This document shows positions 47,948 through 55,903 of a stretch of 64,000 nt of DNA, piece by piece. The notes beneath the pieces are model-generated. The model was not told where the DNA came from and ran no database searches. It worked only from the letters and a program-made list of their open reading frames with translations. The stretch is from an uncultured Acidobacteriota bacterium (GTDB lineage Bacteria; Acidobacteriota; Terriglobia; Acidiferrales; UBA7541), in contig CAWFGI010000022.1 in NCBI GenBank assembly GCA_963815265.1, positions 713,870 to 777,869 on the forward strand. The letters run 5' to 3'. Each line of letters starts with the position of its first letter. Position 1 is the first letter of the stretch. Both the position numbers and the translations under genes were made by a program.

Positions 47948-48432
47948 GGGCAGGAAGGAGTGATCAGAAATTCCGGCTCAGAAAATTGTGTATTCGAACG
48001 AACCAGAAGGCGAATGTTCGGAGGTTCTGCGAGACTCGCAGGATCAATTCCGAGTTCGCGCAGAAGCGGCGCGCGGCCGCAAAGGGCATATCGGACAACA
48101 GATTCATACATAGGTTTCGTGCGCGGATCGACGGAGAGCACGGGGGCATAAGCGAGTGCGGCGCCGAATACATTTCTACGGTTATAAGGTCCGCGTACGC
48201 GTGAATAGAGTTCCGGTGTCAGCTCTAATGAATGCTCGCCGCCAGCTCGGTCGCGCCACTCAAGGTAGAATACGGACGAGAATGTCTCTAGCCCCTGAAC
48301 GCTGGAAAAGACCTTTGGAGCCGGCGACGCGCCGGTAGCCGCCGCAACAGCTTTCAGGGCCGGCAGTCTGAGCAGATCGCCCGTCATTTGAAGCAAACCA
48401 ACTACAAGCAGAAACAGGGCTGCGCGGCTCAT
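47944..48432 (-). CDS. Hypothetical exported/anchored protein (162 aa)
   Basis: N-terminal hydrophobic segment MSRAALFLLVVGLLQM. No family recognised. There are 4-nt overlaps at both ends. Confidence 0.5.
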   Translation of the reverse strand: MSRAALFLLVVGLLQMTGDLLRLPALKAVAAATGASPAPKVFSSVQGLETFSSVFYLEWRDRAGGEHSLELTPELYSRVRGPYNRRNVFGAALAYAPVLSVDPRTKPMYESVVRYALCGRAPLLRELGIDPASLAEPPNIRLLVRSNTQFSEPEFLITPSCP

Positions 48433-49205
48433 CGAGTGGGATGTGGCTCCGGAGGTTGCGCGTTGATATCCACGCCGATTAGCATTTCAGGGAGACGATG
48501 TTCGAGGGGGCCGAAACCGCATCGCGATTGCCATTCTTTGGGATTGCGAAACGTTCCGAAGAGCATGTCCCAGAGCGGTAAGTCGGCATAGTTGAAAGAG
48601 TGCAATCCTTCTTGATGGTGAACGCAGTGGCTTTCAGGCCTTTGAAAAATGTAGCCGAGCCAGTGGGGTGTGCGGACGTTCCAGTGATAGACGAGCTCGG
48701 CTAATCCCGTCAGCAAGACAGCGAGCGAGGCAGCTTTGGGAGAAAGGCCGACAACCAGATATAGGATGGCGCTGGATAGCACACTATTTACGAGAATCTC
48801 CAGCGGGTGCTTGTAAAAACTTGTTATGACTTCGATTCTTTGCGGGCTGTGGTGTACTTGGTGAATCCAGCGCCAGAGAAATGTTGATTCATGGCGCCAG
48901 CGATGCCACCAGTAATAGATGAATGTAATTACAAAATATCCGAGTAGGGTGCCGCCGACGGTGCCGAGTCTATCGGCTGACCACAAACGGTGCTGGGCCA
49001 TCCAGCCGTTCCCGACCGACCCAGCAAGCCAGACGGCTCCGACCTGAAATCCGTTCAGTAAGATCGCTCGCCACCACCAGCCCCGCACGCTTGGCCAACT
49101 TCGGCCACCAGCGATGCGCTCGACAACGATCATTCCGATCGCTACGGCGAGGACGATCCAGAAGACGATCATTAGATCCTCCGGCAAGGAAGGACATTGG
49201 CTCAA
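48429..49205 (-). CDS. Fatty acid hydroxylase / sterol desaturase-family di-iron membrane enzyme
   Basis: His boxes HRWRH, HQVHH and HHQEGLH. Confidence 0.85.
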   Translation of the reverse strand: MSQCPSLPEDLMIVFWIVLAVAIGMIVVERIAGGRSWPSVRGWWWRAILLNGFQVGAVWLAGSVGNGWMAQHRLWSADRLGTVGGTLLGYFVITFIYYWWHRWRHESTFLWRWIHQVHHSPQRIEVITSFYKHPLEILVNSVLSSAILYLVVGLSPKAASLAVLLTGLAELVYHWNVRTPHWLGYIFQRPESHCVHHQEGLHSFNYADLPLWDMLFGTFRNPKEWQSRCGFGPLEHRLPEMLIGVDINAQPPEPHPTR

Positions 49206-49400
49206 AACGGTTTAGATAGCTATCGAATGAGTTTATGGCATCGCTGGCAAGCGACGCAATGCAGCGGTTCCACAAAGCCAACCGGCTGCAAGCGAGTGAT
49301 ATACAACGACGCGGAACGGCGAAGATTAGATTAAAAGAGGCGGGGAGATGCGCTTGGTAGCTCAGGACAAGCCGGCGCGGCAAAGGCAACCAGTGATAAA

Positions 49401-49454
49401 TGGCGTGATTGTGCCAAGTTCGGGTGCCGGGCACGGCATGCCGTGCCCCTACTG
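49401..49454. repeat. 54-bp direct repeat, left copy (carries REP palindrome GGGCACGGCATGCCGTGCCC + CTAC)
   Basis: 52/54 identical to 50181..50234. Confidence 0.9.
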
Positions 49455-49487
49455 GTTAACGGCCCGTTCGACCTTGAGCGGGGTGGG

Positions 49488-49997
49488 TCATTGTACATCT
49501 AGGGGGTCGGCGGTTTTGTGTTCGCGGATTTGGTAGCGGAGGTAGTCGTGGACGGCTTTTAGGGCTTGGGGGTCTTCTGTGGTGATTACGACTTTTGCGC
49601 CGGTTGGGGTGGATTTGTATTGGTATGTGATTTGGGCTTTGCGGGCTTTCATTTCGGGGACGCCTGGTGGGGTTTCGGCGTGGACTTCGTGGGGGTCGGT
49701 GAAGTCGCCTTGAGCGAAGGATTTGGAGATGTGTTCGAGGTGCATGCGGATGTGGTCGCGGCTGGCTGTGTCGGAGGGGTCGTTGGCTTGGACTTGGATG
49801 ATGCCGCCGGTTTTTGTGAGGGTGAAGTGATGGGTGGTTTTGGTTTGGTCGAAGCCCATTACGTGGGCGCCGCGGGTGTTCATGGCGGTGGGGTCGTCGT
49901 GTTGTTGTTGGGGGCTGGCTGCTGCTGCTGCTGTGGGTGCGAGCAGGAATAGGCATGCGGCTATTGTTTGGATCGTGTGCGATGGGCGAATCGGCAT
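49488..49997 (-). CDS. Secreted hypothetical protein with extreme C/A-ending codon usage
   Basis: ATG at 49997, signal peptide MPIRPSHTIQTIAACLFLLAPTAAAAA. The mature part HHFTLTKTGGIIQVQ...IRMHLEHISKSFAQGDFTDPHEVH...VHDYLRYQIREHKT resembles conserved hypothetical proteins I cannot name. Confidence 0.6.
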   Translation of the reverse strand: MPIRPSHTIQTIAACLFLLAPTAAAAASPQQQHDDPTAMNTRGAHVMGFDQTKTTHHFTLTKTGGIIQVQANDPSDTASRDHIRMHLEHISKSFAQGDFTDPHEVHAETPPGVPEMKARKAQITYQYKSTPTGAKVVITTEDPQALKAVHDYLRYQIREHKTADPLDVQ

Positions 49998-50180
49998 TGG
50001 ATTGTGTGAGTTCAATTCATTCGACGAATGGTTTTGGTCAGGGTGAGCTAGAGGCAGAGGCGACGACTGCGGTTGCGGGCGAACGCCTGATTGGCAGGGT
50101 TGCCGTTAAGAGAAGCGCGCAGGCGACATTTTCATGAGCCGCCTTCCGGCGGACGACCTGTGCCACCAAACCGTTGCCAG

Positions 50181-50234
50181 TGGCGCGATTGTGCCAAGTT
50201 CGGGTGCCGGGCACGGCGTGCCGTGCCCCTACTG
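50181..50234. repeat. 54-bp direct repeat, right copy
   Basis: TGGCGCGATTGTGCCAAGTTCGGGTGCCGGGCACGGCGTGCCGTGCCCCTACTG. Confidence 0.9.
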
Positions 50235-50255
50235 CGGAAAAGGCAAAGGCGAAGA

Positions 50256-50516
50256 TTAGGCTTTGGATGCTGCGCCTTTGATTACGCGGTAGATGAGCAG
50301 CAGAACGACGGCGCCTACTACGGACATTATGAAGCCGGCGCCCTGGCCTGCCTGGTACCAGCCGATAGCTTGGCCGATGTAGGTGGCGAGGATGGAGCCG
50401 GCGATGCCGATGATCATGGTGATCCAGATGCCGCCGGGGTCTTTGCCGGGCATGAGGAATTTTGCTACTGCGCCGACTACGAGGCCGATGATGAGTTCCC
50501 AGAGTAAGGCGAACAT
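50256..50516 (-). CDS. GlsB/YeaQ/YmgE-family stress-response membrane protein
   Basis: MFALLWELIIGLVVGAVAKFLMPGKDPGGIWITMIIGIAGSILATYIG, with AGGAGG 6 nt upstream of ATG 50516. The longer track ORF is rejected. Confidence 0.85.
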   Translation of the reverse strand: MFALLWELIIGLVVGAVAKFLMPGKDPGGIWITMIIGIAGSILATYIGQAIGWYQAGQGAGFIMSVVGAVVLLLIYRVIKGAASKA

Positions 50517-50670
50517 TGGCGTCCTCCTGGATTCGACTCGTGAATTTGAACTCGCCGTTTTGTGAATTCCGAAATAAATCGCTGATGGGCCCGCGCTGAA
50601 ACCTTCAGATCGAAATTGAGTGCGCGCCGCGAGTATTGCGCCGTTGCTCCGGCAACGTTTTGCCGCGAAT

Positions 50671-51123
50671 CTACTGCGAAGCTGGTTTGTTCTGCATTTT
50701 TGCGGCGGCGTCGTCCGCAGCTTGCTTGGCGTCTGCCGCAGCCTTTTGCGCTTTCTTCTTCGCGGCATCCATGGCCTGGTCGGTGGCTACTTTTGCGTCG
50801 GCGGCAGCTTTTTTCGCTTTTTCCTTGGCGGCTTCCACGGCCTGGGATGCGGCATCGCTCGCGGACTGCTGGGCCTTCTCGCCCGCTTTCTGAGCGGCCG
50901 CGCCCGCAGCGTCGGTAGCATCGGAGGCTTTTTGCTTGGCCCGATCGGCGGCGTCTGAGGCTTGCTGCTTGGCGTCCTGGGCGGCGCTGGACGCGGTGGC
51001 TTTGGCGGCGTCGATTGTTTGCTGCGCCTTTTCCTGGGTCTGCTTCGAGCAGCCGGCCACAGAAAGCAAGGCACAGAGAAAGACGGAGGCAATAGAAACG
51101 AAATCTGTGCGGGTCCGCTTCAC
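50671..51123 (-). CDS. Lipoprotein with Ala/Lys/Asp/Gln-rich helical repeats (LEA/apolipoprotein-like)
   Basis: Lipobox LLSVAGC and repeated DAAK.KA..AA.DAK units. GTG at 51123 is preferred over the track start 51198. Confidence 0.55.
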   Translation of the reverse strand: MKRTRTDFVSIASVFLCALLSVAGCSKQTQEKAQQTIDAAKATASSAAQDAKQQASDAADRAKQKASDATDAAGAAAQKAGEKAQQSASDAASQAVEAAKEKAKKAAADAKVATDQAMDAAKKKAQKAAADAKQAADDAAAKMQNKPASQ

Positions 51124-51220
51124 GCGCGGTTCTCCGGAAGCAAAATGCAAAGACGACACACCAGAGGTGCGCCGGTCCGCCAGCCTTCGGACCGGCACAC
51201 TTCCGGCGCTTGGTACAAAC

Positions 51221-51754
51221 TTATGCCTGCCGCTGTTTTTCGGCGACTTTCGCGAGAGCGATCGTGAGAGCGGTGCCGCCCAGAGTCTTAATCAGCGTGG
51301 TGTGCTGGGCGTAGAACGTGCTGACGCTATCGACGATCGAAGGATCCGCTTTGTGTGCCTGCGTCGCGAGTTGCTGAACAGCTTCGGGCGAAATTTTCTG
51401 AGCTTGTTCGGGCGTGATCTGCGGCGTGCCCGTGCCTCCGCCGAGAACGCCGGCGAGTCCCGCGCCTGAGAGGAGCGACGTGAGCGTGCCGGGAGGAACG
51501 GAGGACATGATTTGGTTGATAATGCCGGCTTTTTGCTCGCCGCTGGAACTGTTGAACATTGTGGAGAGCATCTGGCCGAAGGCGGGGGTCTGGTCGGACT
51601 TGAAAGCGGCGGAGAGGCCTTCTGCGAGCGCGCTGGAGGGAGCCGCTTCTGCTACCTGGTCGAAGTGGGCGTGCACGTCCGGGGCCGGTGCTGCTGCTGC
51701 GCCGCCGGAGCTATATTGCTTCAAGAGGTTGCCGATCTGATCTGTCCAAGTCAT
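51221..51754 (-). CDS. Hypothetical protein (Gly/Ala/Ser-rich, about 177 aa)
   Basis: ATG at 51754 (MTWTDQIGNLLKQYSSGG...). No family recognised with confidence. Confidence 0.45.
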   Translation of the reverse strand: MTWTDQIGNLLKQYSSGGAAAAPAPDVHAHFDQVAEAAPSSALAEGLSAAFKSDQTPAFGQMLSTMFNSSSGEQKAGIINQIMSSVPPGTLTSLLSGAGLAGVLGGGTGTPQITPEQAQKISPEAVQQLATQAHKADPSIVDSVSTFYAQHTTLIKTLGGTALTIALAKVAEKQRQA

Positions 51755-51832
51755 AGCTGGTTCTCCTTTTACTGAACCTGCGGATGCCACTTATCTAGCG
51801 ACGCGTCGTGTTACTACAGTTCGCGATGCGCG

Positions 51833-52258
51833 TTACTGCGGAATTACAAGCTCCTGGCCGGCTCTGATTTTGTCGGGGTCGGCGAGTTTGTCCTTATTGG
51901 CTTCGAAGATTTTCATGTACTTGTTGGCGTCGCCGTAGAACTGCTTGCTGATTTTCGAGAGGCTGTCGCCGGGTTGAACGGTGTAGGTTCGAGCCGATGG
52001 AGTGGAAGTAGCGCCGCCTGCTGCTGCGGCTGCGGCGGCTGCCGGGGCTTGAATGTCCGCGGTGAGATCGGAGAAATTGGGATCGACGAGCTTGATCTGG
52101 TCCCAGACGCGGTTTTTGAGGTCGGCGGATGGAGCGGTGGCGCGGATGAAGAGCTTGTCGCCTTCCATGTTTACGTTTTGGAGTTGGATGCCGTTGGATT
52201 GGATGAAATTCAATACGGACTGATACTTCAACTTCAGTTGCTCGAAACGGTCTGCCAT
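51833..52258 (-). CDS. BON-LysM protein (Kbp/YgaU-like)
   Basis: The N-terminal BON-like part (GDKLFIRATAPSADLKNRVWDQIK) and the C-terminal LysM YTVQPGDSLSKISKQFYGDANKYMKIFEANKDKLADPDKIRAGQELVIP. Confidence 0.85.
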   Translation of the reverse strand: MADRFEQLKLKYQSVLNFIQSNGIQLQNVNMEGDKLFIRATAPSADLKNRVWDQIKLVDPNFSDLTADIQAPAAAAAAAAGGATSTPSARTYTVQPGDSLSKISKQFYGDANKYMKIFEANKDKLADPDKIRAGQELVIPQ

Positions 52259-52316
52259 TGGAGCCTCCTATTAAACCTTCATACACCTTTAAGCCGGGCT
52301 GGGCGATATTATTTTT

Positions 52317-53153
52317 TCAATTAACACGGATTGAACTGATCCGGTTGTTCCAGTTCTTGTTGTCGTTACCCTGCACGCGATAGTTACGCAAATCTGGAAC
52401 GCTGTGGCGGAAGACGACAGACCCGCCGCTAAAATTTCCGTCGCTGAAGGCGATGACGATTGCGCCTCCATGGAGTTTTACGGAGCTGATCTGATCGTTG
52501 AATCCGCCTGGAAGAAAGCCAAAGCTGGCGCCGCGCTCCATGCAGAAGTAATCAGATGCGTAGTTTGTTTGCCGGAAAAAGCATGCGCCGTTTCGCGGCT
52601 GGTTGGTGGGAGGACGGCCGGGGCCGGAGTTCCACCAGCCGGGGCCGTTATAACCGTAGGCGCTGACGCGGAATGTCGCGCGGCAGCCGCGGTCGACCCA
52701 GATTCCTTGGCCGTCATTGCCCCAGGTGGCGCCGCGAGTGCAGGGCGCCTGGCTGAGCTGTTGGATCATCTCTACGTTCGAATTCACGTTGCCGATCGTG
52801 CAGTAGTTTCTCCGGTTGTGCGAGGATTCACAGGTGATGGTGTTGCCTCCGGGACCGGGGGCTGGACCAGGACCGGGCCCGGGACCACCGGGATAAGAAT
52901 TGCCGACTTGAAAATCAGCGCGGCAGCCACGATCGACCCAGATGCCGCGACCGTCGTAGCCCCAGGTCTGCCCCTGAACGCAGGGCGAGTTGCTGTTCTG
53001 CCTGACCATCGTGACGCCGCCGCGCGTATCGGCTGGGCAGAATTGGCGACTGCCATCTTGCGAGGCACAGCTGATGGTCTGGGCGGAGGCTTGGTGCGAG
53101 AAAGCGCCCCAACCCAACACGAGCATCACGAAAACCAACAGCTTGATTCTCAT
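52317..53153 (-). CDS. Secreted protein with two DUF3011-like Cys repeats and a C-terminal beta/gamma-crystallin-like module
   Basis: Twice: C.S..(G/N)(S/R)R.(F/Y)C........V.M..Q.S..PC..G.TWG.DG.GIWVDRGCRA.F.V. The C-terminus is ...NDQISSVKL...NNRISSIRVN. Confidence 0.65.
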   Translation of the reverse strand: MRIKLLVFVMLVLGWGAFSHQASAQTISCASQDGSRQFCPADTRGGVTMVRQNSNSPCVQGQTWGYDGRGIWVDRGCRADFQVGNSYPGGPGPGPGPAPGPGGNTITCESSHNRRNYCTIGNVNSNVEMIQQLSQAPCTRGATWGNDGQGIWVDRGCRATFRVSAYGYNGPGWWNSGPGRPPTNQPRNGACFFRQTNYASDYFCMERGASFGFLPGGFNDQISSVKLHGGAIVIAFSDGNFSGGSVVFRHSVPDLRNYRVQGNDNKNWNNRISSIRVN

Positions 53154-53201
53154 CCTGACTCCGGTTGATTTGAGTTGAGCTGGCCGCCGGACCGTTTCGA
53201 A

Positions 53202-53507
53202 CTAGGTCTTCGACATTTGAGCTTTGATGAGACCGATGACGGCCATCACGATGGCTCCGCCGATGCCACCGCCGCCGACGCTGGAAACAATGGAACTGAG
53301 GTCCATTCCGCTTGCCGGGGCTGCCGCTGCCGCAGCAGCGCCGCCTGAGGTGATCATACTGAGCAGCTGGCCGCCGACCCCGCCGCCTACGATGCCCGCT
53401 AAAGTGTTTCCGATCGGGCCCAAGTTAAATTTCTGCATTAACGCGCCGGCAATATTTCCACCTACGCCGCCGCTCACCAAACTCACGATTAAAGGGAGCC
53501 AGTTCAT
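53202..53507 (-). CDS. Gly-zipper small membrane protein
   Basis: ATG at 53507 after GGAGG. MNWLPLIVSLVSGGVGGNIAGAL...GGGIGGAIVMAVIGLI. Confidence 0.55.
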   Translation of the reverse strand: MNWLPLIVSLVSGGVGGNIAGALMQKFNLGPIGNTLAGIVGGGVGGQLLSMITSGGAAAAAAAPASGMDLSSIVSSVGGGGIGGAIVMAVIGLIKAQMSKT

Positions 53508-53683
53508 AAACGCCTCCGCCGAGCTGGATTTACTTGGCCTGAGCGAAGACACGCACTCTCCGAGCGACGAACATGGAGAAGGAATGCGAATCTCTTGAAA
53601 ATTAACGATGGGTCCCGAAGTGCGCCAGATGGATACAACAGGACTCACATCGGTACAATCGGGCGCTCGCTGATTTAGTGCTA

Positions 53684-53720
53684 GGGGATTCCCCTATGGC
53701 CGGGGTAGTAAATTTACTAC
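53684..53720. promoter_or_regulatory. Two perfect palindromes in the AT-rich spacer upstream of the stress-gene run
   Basis: AGGGGATTCCCCT (13-nt palindrome, about 53684..53696) and GTAGTAAATTTACTAC (16-bp perfect palindrome, 53705..53720). Confidence 0.45.
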
Positions 53721-53866
53721 GGTAAAGTACTGGAACCGCTGATCGTATTATCTCTATTGGCGATTTGTGTCCCTCGGTCATTTTACTCACAGCGACCCCT
53801 TGGACGTGGTCCCGGTACATTTTTTCTTGCCCTGATACATGGACGCGAGCTTTGCGATGGGTAAGC

Positions 53867-54193
53867 CTATTCAATTGGCAATAAAGCTTCCGTCAGATCG
53901 TCGGCGAAAGAGGTGAGCTCGGCGCGGCGGGCAGCGGTGGCTTCGAGCCTTTGCTTCTTCCAGATGAAGTAGTCGTGGCCGTCGAGGGTGATTCGAGCGC
54001 TGAGGTTTCCGTCGACCAGGTACGCGGGCTCGGCGAACACTTTGAAGCTGTCTGGGACGACCGGCGCAAGAAGCGCGGCGCAATTCCCTCTTCGAATGCC
54101 GATGTGGTTAGGGTAGACGGGGAAGGCGATCAACTCGAAGCCGCCAGAGAGCATGCGCTGAAGGAGTGCGGCCTGCTTGGGGGTGATATCCAT
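53867..54193 (-). CDS. Hypothetical protein (108 aa)
   Basis: ATG at 54193 (MDITPKQAALLQRML...). No family recognised. Confidence 0.4.
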   Translation of the reverse strand: MDITPKQAALLQRMLSGGFELIAFPVYPNHIGIRRGNCAALLAPVVPDSFKVFAEPAYLVDGNLSARITLDGHDYFIWKKQRLEATAARRAELTSFADDLTEALLPIE

Positions 54194-54322
54194 TTGAAAA
54201 CAGGATAGCAGGCGAACTCCGGGAGCCCACAAGAAACAAATCTTATCGAGGCATACCTCGACGCTACCGACTATGGAGAAGTAGGGTTACGACCATACAT
54301 CAAAGCAAGTACGCGGGATCGC

Positions 54323-54931
54323 TTAATTCTCGGCCGTACCTTTGTTATCTCTCATGGAAGCTACTTTCCACGGATTATTCGCGAGGTCGATACTCATTTC
54401 GCCGTCTTTCATGGCGAGCTTCGCTGCGCCATACACGACTCCACTGCTTTTTTTCATCTCGCTATCATCCATCTCGAGTATGCCGCCGCTCAGGTTGTAC
54501 TCCTGGCTTCGCGAGTCTCCCCATGCCTCGGCCATCGAAATTTTTCGGTCGGTGACGAAGCGAATCGAGCGCCCCGCGGGCGTCGGAAACCAGCGAATGT
54601 ATTTGACGTCATAGCCGAGCGTGCCGGTAATTGCAACGCGGCCGACCGCTCGCATTTTGGTCAGGGCGTTGAACAACCCCATATTTTGGGACTTTTGGAA
54701 TGCATCTACGAGGATCTGCTTATCGTCAGGCGTCGAGAACTCATAGATCACAAGCGTAAAGTTAGTGAGCTGCCCGGCCTGAAGGCCAGTGCCGGTAATG
54801 ACGCCTTGGATGATCTCCGGCTTCGAGCGCTCCTGGGAAGAAGCTGCAATAGAAACAAGCAGGCCAACCCCCAACAAAGCCCCGACCATGATCTTTCTGA
54901 TTCTTGGAAGCGCGATCCCGATTTCTCCCAT
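54323..54931 (-). CDS. Hypothetical exported protein (202 aa)
   Basis: N-terminal hydrophobic segment IMVGALLGVGLLVSIAASS. A hairpin TCGAGG-cata-CCTCGA at about 54246..54261 lies downstream. Confidence 0.45.
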   Translation of the reverse strand: MGEIGIALPRIRKIMVGALLGVGLLVSIAASSQERSKPEIIQGVITGTGLQAGQLTNFTLVIYEFSTPDDKQILVDAFQKSQNMGLFNALTKMRAVGRVAITGTLGYDVKYIRWFPTPAGRSIRFVTDRKISMAEAWGDSRSQEYNLSGGILEMDDSEMKKSSGVVYGAAKLAMKDGEMSIDLANNPWKVASMRDNKGTAEN

Positions 54932-55108
54932 TTTACCCCTCCGCTTGCGACTCCTGAGTTTCGAGTCGGCAGAATGTCAGGCGCATGGTTACAGAAACCG
55001 CAAGCGGATGGCACTGTCAGTTTTGACAGTGTCGCCCAACGCCCGGAAGCGGTGGTATCGGTCAACGGCTGGCAAGAGCAGACAGGCCGGGCCGAGCTGG
55101 AGCAACGG

Positions 55109-55822
55109 TTACCTCAGGAGAGAATCGAGAGATTGGTTGGGAGCGCACTCGATTGGAGCTAAATTCCGCTGAAAGAACCTTGCACCGGTAGCGCCGCGCA
55201 GTGTGACGGAACTGCCCGCGATTTCAAGCCAAGCGCCCTCGCGAAGGCCGAGAACGGGCGAAGAGTTTTCTTCGTGGAATTCGCGGATGCGCTCTTCTCG
55301 GGTTTCATGTGCCGGAGGCGAGTTCGGATCGGCGTCAATGAAATGCGGATTGATTTGAAATGGGACAAGGCCGAGCGCGTCGAGGCTTGCCGGAAACACG
55401 ATGGGCATGTCGTTCGTTGTTTTGATTGTGGGGCAGGCCAGATTTGTTCCGGCGCTCACGCCGATATATGGAGCGCCGGCGCGGACGCGATTGCGGAGAG
55501 CGTGAAGGACGCCGAGAGCGTAAAGCCCGTCGAGGAGGCGGAAGCTGTTTCCGCCGCCCACGAAGAACGCTTCAGCATTTTCGATTGCGGCGCGCGGGTC
55601 TGGCGCCGTGTGAAGCGACTCGACCAGAAGCCCAGAGCCATCGAAGTGAGCCGCAATTTTCGCGGCGTAGGCGTCGCAATCTTTAAGCGCATACGGAATG
55701 AAAAGAATCCGCGTCACAGTGCGATAGAAATTCAATACATCGGCGGAGCAGTAATCGAGATAGCTCGTGCCACCCGGGATAAATGAACTGCTAATGAGAA
55801 GGAGTTGAGTCTCAGATTTCAT
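55109..55822 (-). CDS. pepE: Dipeptidase E (peptidase S51)
   Basis: ILFIPYA..., FFVGGGNSFRLL, YIGVSAGTN (nucleophile Ser), and INPHF. Confidence 0.85.
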   Translation of the reverse strand: MKSETQLLLISSSFIPGGTSYLDYCSADVLNFYRTVTRILFIPYALKDCDAYAAKIAAHFDGSGLLVESLHTAPDPRAAIENAEAFFVGGGNSFRLLDGLYALGVLHALRNRVRAGAPYIGVSAGTNLACPTIKTTNDMPIVFPASLDALGLVPFQINPHFIDADPNSPPAHETREERIREFHEENSSPVLGLREGAWLEIAGSSVTLRGATGARFFQRNLAPIECAPNQSLDSLLR

Positions 55823-55903
55823 GTGCGCGTCAGATGTTCAGTATAGGAGACGTCGGCTGCGAAACCAACGATTTGGCTTGGAGGACTCCTATGAAGGCAG
55901 CGT

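Noticed and set aside
49401-49454. A sigma-54 type -24 element (TTGGCAC on the minus strand) within the 54-bp repeats.
   Set aside because: The expected -12 TTGC(A/T) element is missing at the proper spacing (CGCCA instead), and the same sequence occurs downstream of genes as well.
49456-50046. A Pro/Arg/His-rich 166-aa ORF (49456..49956, minus), plus + strand ORFs 49566..49952 and 49834..50046, as possible overlapping genes.
   Set aside because: All are alternative frames of the C/A-only-codon gene. The near absence of T and G on the coding strand removes stop codons in most frames, which explains them without invoking overlapping genes.
50256-50768. Long track ORFs extending real small genes upstream: 50256..50768, 53202..53648, 5190..5744, 45279..46436 and 44667..45275.
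   Set aside because: The N-terminal extensions are Arg/Ser/Pro-rich, overlap neighbouring genes or spacers, and lack SD sequences. Internal ATGs with AGGAGG/GGAGG and family-typical N-termini were preferred.
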